Origin: Clostridiales bacterium
GTDB taxonomy: Bacteria; Bacillota; Clostridia; Oscillospirales; Ruminococcaceae
Direction: 5' to 3'
Assembly (NCBI GenBank): GCA_029007575.1
Contig: JAQXIB010000148.1
Location: 1-34,844 of the forward strand
DNA: 34,844 bases
Notes under the pieces: model-generated
The model's database searches: none
What the model saw: only the letters and a program-made list of their open reading frames with translations
Told to the model about the DNA's origin: nothing
Translations under genes and position numbers: made by a program
Shown here: in pieces, positions 21,423 to 31,919 of the stretch
Layout of the letters: the number at the start of each line of letters is the position of its first letter
Numbering within the stretch: position 1 is the first letter of the stretch

Positions 21423-22124
21423 TTACGATTTGTTGAGCAGCTCACTATAAACTGTCTGTATGAAGCCGGTCGCTTGCTGCAAAATACTGAAAAATAATAA
21501 CACAATAAACAGAATTATAATCACACCCGCTACACTGAGTAAGGCACTAGCCAGTGCTTTACTCAGCGTGTACTGATGAACCACCAGCATACCAAACAAA
21601 ACAAGAAGTATGGTTAAACCAAAAGAAAGCACATTGAGTATCTGCCAGAATATTTGTTCCTCCAGCACAATAAAATTGGAAAGAACAACCATAATTAACT
21701 GTCCCAATATTCTGGGAAGTAGAGAGTAACAGGTTGCTATCCAAATTTCTCGAAAAGTTCCTTCGCCGTCCATCAGTGTACAAACAGCCCAGTTGGACAC
21801 GCACCACAGAACAATCAGCACAACAGAATACAACAATTCCATTAAAATATTAAACTGGGAAGGTTCATTAGTATTAAAGATATACCCTGTGCAAAAATAT
21901 GTCAGAATATTAGATACAAAAAGCATCGCCAGCAGGGCGTTGGCAATCCCAATAGAAGCCTTTCCCTCGTATTTTAAGTCCCAAAAGGAATCAAACGGAT
22001 GCAGGATCAGCCGAAAAGGATATATAATCTTCATCCGATCAAATTTCTCTCTGACTAATTTTTTCCGTCCTACCACCTGCATCTGATTTTTGAGGCAGAC
22101 AAAAAGTTTAACAACATCACTCAT
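21423..22124 (-). CDS. Yip1-domain multi-pass membrane protein
   Basis: ILHPFDSFWDLKYEGKASIGIANALLAMLFV is followed by ~5 hydrophobic helices. The ATG at 22124 overlaps the upstream gene's stop by 8 nt. Confidence 0.55.
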   Translation of the reverse strand: MSDVVKLFVCLKNQMQVVGRKKLVREKFDRMKIIYPFRLILHPFDSFWDLKYEGKASIGIANALLAMLFVSNILTYFCTGYIFNTNEPSQFNILMELLYSVVLIVLWCVSNWAVCTLMDGEGTFREIWIATCYSLLPRILGQLIMVVLSNFIVLEEQIFWQILNVLSFGLTILLVLFGMLVVHQYTLSKALASALLSVAGVIIILFIVLLFFSILQQATGFIQTVYSELLNKS

Positions 22125-23670
22125 ATGTAGCACCTTCCCTTAGCGATAAGCTTGTCTTCCGTTTTTTCCGCGGAATCCCAATCCACCGATAAACAACTCG
22201 TTTTAAAAGCATCAGAAGAACGGCGAGCATAACAACGCCAATTAAAATTCCGCCAAAGTGGTTGCGAACAAACTGAAGCCGATAAGAACGATATGCATTC
22301 GAGTAACTGCCTCTGTCCTGCCCCAGCTTCAAATATTCCATTGCGCGTGAATATTCTCCTTGCTGCAAAAGTGCATTTCCAAGACAAGTATAAGCTATGG
22401 AGCTGTTCACATTATGTTTGAGTACCTCATGACAGACACCGATGGCGTTTTCATAATCACCGTCGGCATAACTGTCCAATGCCTTTTTAACAAGCAAAGC
22501 ATATTCTGTGGGCGTGAAAACAGTGACTCGGTTTTTCACGCTGTCTAAAACCAAATATTTACCGCCAAAAGAAACAATGTCTTCCACCTGCTGAAAGGAA
22601 TCCCGCTCATCCCCTTTTTTGCCGAAAACAAACAAAAGATTTCCTTCTCCGTCATATTGGAAAATATGCCCGCGTTCTTGATCCAAAATGCTGATAATTC
22701 CATCTGCAGCTACATCCACCGCCACAAATCGGTTAGTCTTCGCCTTGGAAAGACGCCCTACATCCAAGTCACCGAACTGATTTTTGTCATACAGCGCACC
22801 CTGCGAGTTGATCCGCAGCACATTATTTCCCTTAGCATTGAGTCGTTTGAGCTGATCCTTTGAGGTCGAAGACTGAAGCACAACAGTATAAATAAAATTT
22901 TTCTCATCAATACAGGCATTACTATATTCTACCGGCAAAATTCGAGCGGTAGATTCAATTTGATCATCCGTAAAAAATTTACGCCATATCTGCTTTAGTA
23001 CCACTTCAGCGGTTACTTCAACCTTATTTCCCCCGTAAAAACCCTGAAACTCCCCGTCACTGTTATATTTTATAAATCCGTTATAAACGCCCTCAGCCAG
23101 CAAATATATATTTTTACTTTGATCTACTACCAAACGACGAGGTTTAAATTCAAGACCTTTCTCCAACAAATCGGTGTCGGGTCTGGAATAAATACTGATA
23201 CAGCTTCCGTCTTGCTGCAATTTCAGCACTCGATGATTCAATGTGTCACAGATATACAACATACCGTCTCTATCCACAAACACACCCTCGGGACCGTTAA
23301 GACTTTCCACACCATCCGGACATCCCGGAATTGTTTCAATGATTTTAACCAATTCCCAATTTTTGTCAAAAACAACAATCCGATTGTTGCCGGTATCCGC
23401 CAAATATATTAAGCCGGCGTTTTCATCTGCAAAAAGATCGGTGGGCACCTGAAAGCCAGATATTCCCAAATCAGAACCTATAATCAAATCGCTGACAGTA
23501 TAAGCAAGCGGAGAAGGCACCATGTTACCACTGCTATCGTAAGTATAAGAGTTGTAGTTGCTATCCAGCGCCGCTACCTGCACAAAGCTCTGCATACTCG
23601 CTGTTAGTACGCATAAGCAGAAAATTGCGGCCGTACGCCATATTCTCTTTTGTTTGCATCTCGGCAGCAT
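22117..23670 (-). CDS. Exported NHL-repeat beta-propeller protein with a C-terminal TPR segment and a single C-terminal TM anchor
   Basis: A signal peptide is present (RIWRTAAIFCLCVLTASMQSFVQVAA). NHL-type blades include LIYLADTGNNRIVVFD, MLYICDTLNHRVLKLQ and KYLVLDSVKNRVTVF. A TPR segment follows (GDYENAIGVCHEVLK...GNALLQQGEYSRAMEYLK), then a TM helix (FGGILIGVVMLAVLLMLL) and a basic tail. Confidence 0.7.
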   Translation of the reverse strand: MLPRCKQKRIWRTAAIFCLCVLTASMQSFVQVAALDSNYNSYTYDSSGNMVPSPLAYTVSDLIIGSDLGISGFQVPTDLFADENAGLIYLADTGNNRIVVFDKNWELVKIIETIPGCPDGVESLNGPEGVFVDRDGMLYICDTLNHRVLKLQQDGSCISIYSRPDTDLLEKGLEFKPRRLVVDQSKNIYLLAEGVYNGFIKYNSDGEFQGFYGGNKVEVTAEVVLKQIWRKFFTDDQIESTARILPVEYSNACIDEKNFIYTVVLQSSTSKDQLKRLNAKGNNVLRINSQGALYDKNQFGDLDVGRLSKAKTNRFVAVDVAADGIISILDQERGHIFQYDGEGNLLFVFGKKGDERDSFQQVEDIVSFGGKYLVLDSVKNRVTVFTPTEYALLVKKALDSYADGDYENAIGVCHEVLKHNVNSSIAYTCLGNALLQQGEYSRAMEYLKLGQDRGSYSNAYRSYRLQFVRNHFGGILIGVVMLAVLLMLLKRVVYRWIGIPRKKRKTSLSLREGATYE

Positions 23671-23683
23671 AACCAAGCCTCCT

Positions 23684-24544
23684 TTATGATTTCAAACCAG
23701 AATATGCCATTGTCTCCAACACGGAATTTTGGCATAGAATAAAAATTAAAATTGGCGGAAGCATCATAAAGCAGGCAACCGCACTGCCGATACCGGCTTG
23801 CTGAAATCCAGCGGTACTGATCTGCTGTAAGGCAGTGGGCAGCATCTTCATGGACTCATCATAAATGAATGAAACACCCGTGCTGTTCCACATACTTTGA
23901 AAAGTAAAAATCACCAGCGTAATCCATGCCGGCTTTGTCATAGGCATGACAATACGGAAAAAAATCAGAATTTCCCCAAGACCGTCAATACGAGCCGCTT
24001 CCAAAACATCATTCGGAAGCGAACTAATAAACTGCTTCATCAGAAATATACCGAACGAACCCGCCATAGCTGGTAGCAAAACGGACCAATATGTATTAAT
24101 CATACCAAGCTTAGCAATAATTACATATTGCGGGATCGATGTGACTTCCTGTCGAAAAAGAATACCGAAAATGACGATATTGCTAATAACAGCCCTGCCA
24201 GGAAATTTATGCTTAGCGAGCGGGTAAGCCGCAAAGCAGGCAACAAAAATATATCCGACCGTGCCCACCACAGTGGTAAACAAACTGTTAAAAACATATC
24301 GTTCAAACGGGGCGAGCATTTCGCTTGTCGCCTGCATCAAATCTTTAAAATTGTCCATAGTCGGATGATAAACAAAAAAGCGGGGCGGGTATAAAAACAA
24401 TTCATTCAACGGTTTAAACGCATTGATAATGGAATAAACCAACGGCAGCGCTGTAAAGATTCCCGCCACCAACAATAATAAACCCACAGCAATATTGCCG
24501 CCAACCGAACGTGTATTACGCCGGCCAATATTTGCGTTTTTCAT
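23684..24544 (-). CDS. Carbohydrate ABC transporter permease (MalG/UgpE-like), importer 2
   Basis: Six TM segments and the EAA loop EAARIDGLGEILIFFRIVMPMTKP. Confidence 0.85.
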   Translation of the reverse strand: MKNANIGRRNTRSVGGNIAVGLLLLVAGIFTALPLVYSIINAFKPLNELFLYPPRFFVYHPTMDNFKDLMQATSEMLAPFERYVFNSLFTTVVGTVGYIFVACFAAYPLAKHKFPGRAVISNIVIFGILFRQEVTSIPQYVIIAKLGMINTYWSVLLPAMAGSFGIFLMKQFISSLPNDVLEAARIDGLGEILIFFRIVMPMTKPAWITLVIFTFQSMWNSTGVSFIYDESMKMLPTALQQISTAGFQQAGIGSAVACFMMLPPILIFILCQNSVLETMAYSGLKS

Positions 24545-24626
24545 ATTATCACCCTATTCGGAAATACTTTTGGGTACCCTCACCCGTCAAGTTAGCATTA
24601 ATCGGCCTGTGTTTATCTGTAACAGG

Positions 24627-25544
24627 CTAATCCTCATCTGAAAATTTGCGGATGCCTTTACTGATAATCGCCCATGTCACCAGCATCAGCACAAACAGCA
24701 CCACCGAAATACAGCTTGCATACCCCATTTCATAACGATAATAGCCGTGGTCAAGAATATGCAGCACAATAGTATGGGTAGAATAGTCGGTACTGGGAAA
24801 ACCGGTGAGCATCATACACTGATATCCTACAGCAAAGGAGCCGGCAATCGCCAAAACCGCGCCAATCATCAATTGCGGCGCCATCTGCGGCAGTACAATA
24901 TAATACAGTTCCTGCCAACGATTTCGGACTCCGTCTAATGCACCGGCCTCAAATAAGGAATTGTTGAGTTGCTTAAAGCCCGCTACAAACGCCAGAAAAC
25001 CCGTGCCCATGCTCATCCATAAAATAACAAGAATAACAACATAAATATTATACCTTGCGTCTGTCAACCACTGAATAGGCTCTATAATGATATTTAGCCG
25101 TATCAGCCAGCTGTTAATCATACCATAGGAATCTCCGCTGAAAAGATACATCCATATAAAATAAACATTTCCCACCAAGGAAGGCGCATAAAACAACATG
25201 GTTAAAAAGGTACTGACATACTTCCCAGTATCATTAATAAACCAAGCAAGAACAAAGCTCATCAAATAGCCCACCGGACCGGTAATAATAGCGAAAACCA
25301 ATGTATTCTTTAACGCAATTAAAAATACATTGTCGTTTAGCAAAAGCCGAAGATAGTTGTTAAGCCCCACAAAATTCGGAACACGCAGCATATCAAAATC
25401 GGTAAAGCTCAACACCACCGAAGAAAGAATCGGCAATACTGTAAAAACAAAGAAAATAATCAACCAGAAGGAAAGCATAAAATAACTGACTCCGTACTGC
25501 CGGAAAAAACATCCGATTGAGCCCTTCTTATTTTGATTGCGCAT
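24627..25544 (-). CDS. Carbohydrate ABC transporter permease (MalF/UgpA-like), importer 2
   Basis: Multi-pass membrane protein with the EAA loop EAGALDGVRNRWQELYYIVLPQMAP. The start is at ATG 25544, after the SD AAGGAG. Confidence 0.85.
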   Translation of the reverse strand: MRNQNKKGSIGCFFRQYGVSYFMLSFWLIIFFVFTVLPILSSVVLSFTDFDMLRVPNFVGLNNYLRLLLNDNVFLIALKNTLVFAIITGPVGYLMSFVLAWFINDTGKYVSTFLTMLFYAPSLVGNVYFIWMYLFSGDSYGMINSWLIRLNIIIEPIQWLTDARYNIYVVILVILWMSMGTGFLAFVAGFKQLNNSLFEAGALDGVRNRWQELYYIVLPQMAPQLMIGAVLAIAGSFAVGYQCMMLTGFPSTDYSTHTIVLHILDHGYYRYEMGYASCISVVLFVLMLVTWAIISKGIRKFSDED

Positions 25545-25548
25545 TTGA

Positions 25549-28401
25549 TCACTCCTTTTCAACCAAACGGAAATCGCTGCGTTTGCGCGTTAATTCGTCG
25601 TTTATCTCGCGGGTGTAGTTATATAAAGTCTCGCGAGAATTTCCATTGTTATAGACGACCTTTCGAAACGCATTGTTAATATTACGGGACAAGTAATAGG
25701 TAGCCAAGGTCTGCGGTAAATCAGTAAAATCAGCATAACTGTCAGAAATAGCGTCTTGAAATGCTTCCGGCCAGACCACTTGACTTTGAACTTGCTGGTT
25801 GGCGCTGTAATACCGACCGGATAATCCGAGCATACTTTCAACTGTGTCACCATATTCCTTTTGTGTATCAGCACAAGACCACCAATCAAGGAAAGCCGCC
25901 GCCTCTTTTTGCAATACAGATTTTCTCATAATCACAGAACCGGTAGAAGATGTTATCTGTTCTCTGTGAATAACTCCGTCACGCATAGTACCCGGAATCG
26001 GAACGATACTCCATAATCCGTCAATTTCCGGTGCAGCTGCCGACAGCTTATTATACAAAGACATAGACATGATGCCCATGCTCATCTCTCCGGTACGAAA
26101 CCGGTTAAAGAAGTCAAAGGAAACCGGAATTCCGTACAATGTATATAGTTCAGTCCATTGACGAAAAACCGAAACTGCGTTGGAATTATCAAACAGCACC
26201 TTGGAATTATTTTGATTGTAAATCGGCAGTCCCGCCTGCTGCAAAAGCATATAAAAGGTATTTTCATCGCTGGAAATACCTGCCTCCAGATTATTTTGCT
26301 GCAACTGCGCTGTCACTTCATAAACTTCGTCCCATGTCTGAGGAGGTTCAAGATCCAGCTGTTCAAAAATATCAGTACGATAAAACAGCATACTGAAAAT
26401 CTGAGTATCCGGCATGGCATAAACGCCACCCTCACAAGTGTATGGGATAAGAGAATTTGCTCTAACACGTTGTTTCCATTCCGAAAAATACGAAAGTTCT
26501 AACAAATTGACAATTGCTTCTCGGTAAGCCAGATTGACCGGCGTTCCCTTAGGCAAAAACATGGCCACATCCGGTTGTTGATTTCCCACCACAGCCTGCT
26601 GCAACACATCTGCACTGCTGATAAGACTCAATTTAACCGGCACACCGGTTTTCTGAGTAAACTTATTGTCAATCATTCTCTTAAGGATTCGCATTTGATC
26701 TCGGCCGATATCCGCACCCGAATCCACAGCGGAAGTACAAGCCCAGACTTTTAGAGTCTGACCGCTGCCGTCATTTTGACTGCCAATCTGGGAATAATCA
26801 GTGCTAAAGGAGTAAAGAAAAGTTTGAAACCGGAACCAAAGAAATTCAAAAAATCCTGTGCTGGTTTCAGGCAATGCCTGACTTCCGGAAGTAAGCACAA
26901 TTCCGTCCAGCTGCAACGGGCTTTCACGGAAACGAAGCAATAAATCCGCCAGAGTACTGATGTTAGATTTATACCGATCCAACCTAGCCGGAATCGTATT
27001 TGGCTTCTCAGATAAACTCTTCAATTGACTAACAATTTCGTAAACAGCTGACGCCTCACTGCCCTTGGTACCGGTCTGACTTTCAATTTCTTCGGCCGCA
27101 CGCTGCAAAATTTCCGCAATACTGCTCAAAGTACTTGTCAAATTTGGAATTTGTCGATGAAGGAAATAATCATTATAGAGGTCGGGTGAGGTCCCAGTAA
27201 TCATAATAATCTGACGATAAAGGGTATTCATATCAGATAAAGCGCTCTCGATATTGGATAACGCCACATTTATCGGAGAACTGCCGATTTCCAGACGCAG
27301 TTGATGATTACCTTTCGTAAGATATACCGGCGTTTCTTTGTTGCCCAATGTCACATAATTCCACCCTTTGGAATAAGGAAAAATCAGCTGTTTCATCTGC
27401 GAAAATAAGATTTCTCCATCAATTGTCAACCGACGGGATACATCCAACCCACGCAGAGTGGATTGCTTATACTTAAAGGAAATTTGATACATACCATCTT
27501 TGGGAACAGAGATAGACCAGCAAATCCACTGCCCACGCTCCGACCAGTTATCTCCGCCAATTACATTAAGTAATATTTTTTGAGGATCGCTTGGGCTAAT
27601 AGCCGGATTGCTATTGTCATTTTCCGGAACCAAGGCAGAATCAGATTTATAAAGCGTCTGCTCCGCCTCGTGAAATACCAGTTGATTTTCCGTAGGAATA
27701 TTCGTTTTCAAAGATGAGAGATAGGAGGCATAGTCCGGCACTGCTTCCTCTCCGATCAAGAGCGAGCGTATTTCCACCGAAGACTGCACCCCTATCAATG
27801 TTACCTGATTGGTTCCAGCCGGAAAGTAAAAATAAAAGCTATCCGCCACATAATTATCTACCGCGTCGAAATACTGGGTATTAAACACCTTTGCCGCCTG
27901 CTGTAAAGGTACCATATCATTACCGGCGTTATCCTTAATAATCGTCTCTGCATCCTCATAAACCCGGTTCAATGATACAGCGCTGCTTTCTGCAAAAGGA
28001 ACTTCGCCATTAATTTGTACGCCGACTTTAAGCGTCGCAGCAAAATCATCCGCTGCCCGATAGTATAACCCCACTCGATAAAGACCTGATTTCTCTACAG
28101 TCAGCTGCCAGGTGGCGCTCCCCCCTTTTGTTAACAAAAGGGATTCCTCAGTTTTTACGGGCAAAGAATTTGTAAGTACAGCATCAGCTGCTGGTAAAAT
28201 CTTTTTCGTTTCTACAATAGAATATTGAGCATAGTGATTCCAATAGTCGGCAAAAGCCATATTGATATCATTGTCAGCAGCTGTCTTATTTTCGCCGCCC
28301 AAACAGGAGCCGGATACAGTTTTTGCCGACACAGGAGGCCATGAGGACAACAAAATAAATGTAACTAACAACGCCATTACGGAAGACAGATATTTTTTCA
28401 T
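25549..28401 (-). CDS. Giant (~950 aa) extracellular solute-binding protein: signal peptide, two CBM6/35-like beta-sandwich modules, a helical spacer and a C-terminal family-1 SBP fold
   Basis: MKKYLSSVMALLVTFILLSSWPPVSA is the signal peptide. Two modules share the pattern SGLYRVGLYYRA...LKVGVQINGE and DGMYQISFKYKQ...RLTIDGE (ORF aa ~60-386, nt ~27280-28260). The C-terminal ~400 aa look SBP-like (TLKVWAC...QPDVAMF...). The start is at ATG 28401, after the SD GAGGTGA. Confidence 0.7.
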   Translation of the reverse strand: MKKYLSSVMALLVTFILLSSWPPVSAKTVSGSCLGGENKTAADNDINMAFADYWNHYAQYSIVETKKILPAADAVLTNSLPVKTEESLLLTKGGSATWQLTVEKSGLYRVGLYYRAADDFAATLKVGVQINGEVPFAESSAVSLNRVYEDAETIIKDNAGNDMVPLQQAAKVFNTQYFDAVDNYVADSFYFYFPAGTNQVTLIGVQSSVEIRSLLIGEEAVPDYASYLSSLKTNIPTENQLVFHEAEQTLYKSDSALVPENDNSNPAISPSDPQKILLNVIGGDNWSERGQWICWSISVPKDGMYQISFKYKQSTLRGLDVSRRLTIDGEILFSQMKQLIFPYSKGWNYVTLGNKETPVYLTKGNHQLRLEIGSSPINVALSNIESALSDMNTLYRQIIMITGTSPDLYNDYFLHRQIPNLTSTLSSIAEILQRAAEEIESQTGTKGSEASAVYEIVSQLKSLSEKPNTIPARLDRYKSNISTLADLLLRFRESPLQLDGIVLTSGSQALPETSTGFFEFLWFRFQTFLYSFSTDYSQIGSQNDGSGQTLKVWACTSAVDSGADIGRDQMRILKRMIDNKFTQKTGVPVKLSLISSADVLQQAVVGNQQPDVAMFLPKGTPVNLAYREAIVNLLELSYFSEWKQRVRANSLIPYTCEGGVYAMPDTQIFSMLFYRTDIFEQLDLEPPQTWDEVYEVTAQLQQNNLEAGISSDENTFYMLLQQAGLPIYNQNNSKVLFDNSNAVSVFRQWTELYTLYGIPVSFDFFNRFRTGEMSMGIMSMSLYNKLSAAAPEIDGLWSIVPIPGTMRDGVIHREQITSSTGSVIMRKSVLQKEAAAFLDWWSCADTQKEYGDTVESMLGLSGRYYSANQQVQSQVVWPEAFQDAISDSYADFTDLPQTLATYYLSRNINNAFRKVVYNNGNSRETLYNYTREINDELTRKRSDFRLVEKE

Positions 28402-28441
28402 CAAAACATTCACCTCTGCAAACAGGGTCATACGCATCGTG

Positions 28442-29401
28442 CTAACCTACTAATCCGGTCTTTTCAATGCTTTCAGTAAAATATTTTTGTGTGAAGATGT
28501 ATAAAACCAATACCGGCAATATCATCATCAAGCAGGCCGCCTGTTCCACTACTACCATGTAGTATGGGTCAAATGCGGCATTTCCTGTGGCGACCTGAAA
28601 AGCGGGCCGAATGCCTGCGATTCTTACCGCCAATGTCGGAAAATTGCCAATATAAATGGATGTGATATAATAATCGTTCCAATACCACACCAAGGTAAAC
28701 AAAAAACACACCAAAATCACATTGACTGCATTGGGAACCATGATTTTGAAATATGTACCCAAAAATCCAGAACCATCCACCATAGCAGCATCTTCCAGCT
28801 CTTTAGGCATAGAATGATATGCCTGGCGGAATATCAAAATAATAAGACCGCTGCGAATCCCCTGTCCGAATAATGCTAAAATTGCAGTCAAAAATGGGGT
28901 TCCAAGCAATGTGAGTTTGCTGGGTTCTCCGGTAATCAGCTGAATAATTCCGAAAAAATCAACGCTTTGAAAGTTAAAATAGGTCGGCAACGCAATAATC
29001 TGCTGAGGTACGATGATAGTCAGCAAAAGCACCCCTATTACAACAGAAAAGCCATTATTTTGAAACCGCCCCAGTCCATACCCCACCATGGAGCAAACGA
29101 AAATCTGCGCAAGCGTGCTGGTACCGGATATAAAAATCGTTCGACCCAACAACTTCCAATAGTCTAAAACCTCTGCAGTAAACACAATATTATGCAACGT
29201 TAATTGATTGGGAATCCAAACGACCTGTGGACTATAAACATCCTCCACCGTGCGGAATGCCATGCTGACCATGTAGAGAATCGGATATAAAATAACAAAG
29301 GCCAGACAAATCATCAAAAGTGCCCGAAACAGCTTCCAGCAAATTCTGCCCAAGTAATATGAAACTGAACTTCCCGGTAACGAAGATGATGTGTTTTTCA
29401 T
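28442..29401 (-). CDS. Carbohydrate ABC transporter permease (MalG-like), importer 1
   Basis: Multi-pass membrane protein with the EAA loop EDAAMVDGSGFLGTYFKIMVPNAVN. Confidence 0.85.
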   Translation of the reverse strand: MKNTSSSLPGSSVSYYLGRICWKLFRALLMICLAFVILYPILYMVSMAFRTVEDVYSPQVVWIPNQLTLHNIVFTAEVLDYWKLLGRTIFISGTSTLAQIFVCSMVGYGLGRFQNNGFSVVIGVLLLTIIVPQQIIALPTYFNFQSVDFFGIIQLITGEPSKLTLLGTPFLTAILALFGQGIRSGLIILIFRQAYHSMPKELEDAAMVDGSGFLGTYFKIMVPNAVNVILVCFLFTLVWYWNDYYITSIYIGNFPTLAVRIAGIRPAFQVATGNAAFDPYYMVVVEQAACLMMILPVLVLYIFTQKYFTESIEKTGLVG

Positions 29402-29416
29402 ATGCTACCCCTGCCT

Positions 29417-30319
29417 TTAAGATACATACTTTTTGTTTATCCGAGAAACTATCCATAGCAACAATCCGATAAATGCGCTGATTACCACAAAATAAATCCA
29501 TGCCAGCGCGCTGCCATAAGAAAATTTCACATTGGTGAAAATAGTATCAATAATATATTTCATCAGCTGGTTGTCATAGCTCGAAAGCATCTCCACCATG
29601 GAATAAATAAGGTTTATCATGATATGTGGAATAATTAACGGAAAAGTAACCTTCCAAAAACATTCCCATGCAGTCGCTCCCTCCACAGCACATACCTCAT
29701 AATAAGAGGGAGGAATAGCCATGATTCCAGCCATAAATATCAAAATTTGTACGCCGCTTTTCCAGACCAAATCCATAATATTTCCAATCAATGCGCCCAA
29801 GAAATCAACAATAGTTTGAGGAAGACCCATATTAAAAAGAAAATCCATGATCTGACCGGTGTCAAATATGTTCATGCTACCGGCTGCTTCCACCAGTGAA
29901 GTTGTACTTAAATTATTTTTCATAATGGAAACAACGACACCGCTGGTGATAATCACCGGCAAAAAGAAAACTGCCCGCATAAAGACCCTTCCGTGAAAAG
30001 GCTTGCTGAGAATATTAGCGATAAATAAGGAAAACACCAAAATGGCAGGAATGGAGTAAAGCATAGGCGCAAGCACATTTTGATAATACCAAAGATAGTT
30101 GGTGTCTTTTGTAAAGGCGTAAATATAATTTTCAAAAACACCGGAAGGCAACGGCCTAATTAACAAACCACCTGATCCTGTATTGATAGAAACCTGTACA
30201 AATGAGTAATAGATTGTTGTAACCAGCGGCCACAGAAAAAAGAACGCCGCACCGATTATCCACGGCAATACAAACAGCCAACCTGCCAGAATTCTCTTTT
30301 TTTCGTAACTTAGTTTCAT
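29417..30319 (-). CDS. Carbohydrate ABC transporter permease (MalF-like), importer 1
   Basis: Multi-pass membrane protein with the EAA-like loop YEVCAVEGATAWECFWKVTFPLIIP. The start is at ATG 30319, after the SD AAGGGAG. Confidence 0.85.
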   Translation of the reverse strand: MKLSYEKKRILAGWLFVLPWIIGAAFFFLWPLVTTIYYSFVQVSINTGSGGLLIRPLPSGVFENYIYAFTKDTNYLWYYQNVLAPMLYSIPAILVFSLFIANILSKPFHGRVFMRAVFFLPVIITSGVVVSIMKNNLSTTSLVEAAGSMNIFDTGQIMDFLFNMGLPQTIVDFLGALIGNIMDLVWKSGVQILIFMAGIMAIPPSYYEVCAVEGATAWECFWKVTFPLIIPHIMINLIYSMVEMLSSYDNQLMKYIIDTIFTNVKFSYGSALAWIYFVVISAFIGLLLWIVSRINKKYVS

Positions 30320-30395
30320 ACTATATACTCCCTTTTGAAAAAGTGCTGTAACGGTCACACCGGTGATGCACCGTTACAGCATATAAAACAACGTA

Positions 30396-31919
30396 CTACT
30401 TGGTGCCTCTGAGTGTGGAATTTATCTCGTATTTCAACTCATTTAAATGAGCTGAAACAGCTGTGGAAGGCGGAATTTGTTTAACAAAAATATCCTGCCA
30501 CATATTATTACGCACACTCACCCAATTTCCAAACCCGTCCACTTGGGTATTAATCCGAACAGATTTATTACGATAGGCATCAATAATTTTTTGATGTTCT
30601 TCTGAAATATACTTACGAGTATTCTTCATTGTTTCCGCGTCGTTACGATGCTCATAATCATAATTCGACTTAAAGAAATAATAAGCCGCAGCGCCCAACG
30701 GATTTTTCGCGCCGGAAGGAATTCCTCCGGCGGCAATGATGGAAGGAGCATACACAGTCTTAGTGTCCGGCCCCTGCGGCGGCGGACAAACGCCGATTTC
30801 AAAGTTTCCGGTATTATAAAGATCATAATATCCGATGGCATTCCATGGCCGTTCAAAAATCATTGCCGAACGAGACTGCTTAAAAAATTCGCCCCATTGA
30901 TCAGAATACAGATACGCTTTTCGTTTGGTCAAATCCGCCAACAACTGCATTCCCTTGTAAGCGGAAGCCTGATTAAGCGTAATTTCTACGGTTTTGTTAT
31001 CTTTAATCTCTACTTGCCGATTACCATTGGCAGACACAGCCCAATCCCACCACCATGTGGCGAAGCCGTAAACATCAGTAGTGCCATCACCATTTTCATC
31101 CGTCGTCATATCAAGTGCAACCTGTTTAAAGGTTTCAAAATTCCATTTTCCCTCGTTATAGTATTCTATGGGTTCCTTCTGACCGGCGTTTTCGAACATG
31201 GTTTTATTATAATAAATCATACCGAAATCACTATTGGGAAGCAAAGAAGAATACATGCCGTACCTCTTGCCGCTCCATTTGAACAGACTCATCACCTGTT
31301 TATCCCAGGTTTTATCCGCAATATAAATATAGTTATCTACCGGCTGTAATACATTATTAGCGGCAAATCCGGCAAATTGATTGTCAAAATATTGAAAATA
31401 GTCCACTGTGTTTTTAGCAGCTACACTTTGTAGGAGTTTGGTTTTAAATTCGTTCCACGCCATTACTTCCCACTGTACCTTGCAGCCATATTTTTTATAA
31501 AAAGCATCTGCCAGTTTCAGATTCTCTTTGCTTGGATCTGCAGCGTTATAAACCTTTACAGTAGTCCCTTTGATTTTAGAATAAAAATTATTCGGCGTAG
31601 GTTTTTCCGTAATCTGTTCACTTTCGGCACCCACAACATCCTGCTTACCATCCGTACCCGTGCTTGAAGCAGGCTTCTTATCCGGCGTAGAGGTTTTTCC
31701 CGCTACATTGTCGAAAGAGTTTGCCGAAACCGTGCTGCTTTCAGCGTCAACACTGGAATTGTCTTCCAACAGATTGCTATAACCGGTATCCTCACTCTGC
31801 GAGGCTTGGGAAAGAGAAGATGCGTCGACTTTATCGCTGCTTTTTCCGCATCCTACGATAAATGTACTGAACACCATCACCACCGTAAATAACGCAATGG
31901 CTCGAATTCGATACCTCAT
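30396..31919 (-). CDS. Family-1 extracellular solute-binding lipoprotein, importer 1
   Basis: MRYRIRAIALFTVVMVFSTFIVGC carries a lipobox and is followed by an S/T/D-rich tether and an SBP-like body. The start overlaps the upstream stop as ATGA. Confidence 0.85.
   Translation of the reverse strand: MRYRIRAIALFTVVMVFSTFIVGCGKSSDKVDASSLSQASQSEDTGYSNLLEDNSSVDAESSTVSANSFDNVAGKTSTPDKKPASSTGTDGKQDVVGAESEQITEKPTPNNFYSKIKGTTVKVYNAADPSKENLKLADAFYKKYGCKVQWEVMAWNEFKTKLLQSVAAKNTVDYFQYFDNQFAGFAANNVLQPVDNYIYIADKTWDKQVMSLFKWSGKRYGMYSSLLPNSDFGMIYYNKTMFENAGQKEPIEYYNEGKWNFETFKQVALDMTTDENGDGTTDVYGFATWWWDWAVSANGNRQVEIKDNKTVEITLNQASAYKGMQLLADLTKRKAYLYSDQWGEFFKQSRSAMIFERPWNAIGYYDLYNTGNFEIGVCPPPQGPDTKTVYAPSIIAAGGIPSGAKNPLGAAAYYFFKSNYDYEHRNDAETMKNTRKYISEEHQKIIDAYRNKSVRINTQVDGFGNWVSVRNNMWQDIFVKQIPPSTAVSAHLNELKYEINSTLRGTK

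Noticed and set aside
30648-31349. 233-aa plus-strand ORF antisense to the binding-lipoprotein gene
   Set aside because: It lies entirely within a strongly supported minus-strand CDS. Its translation is R/I/F-rich and low-complexity, typical of an antisense frame.
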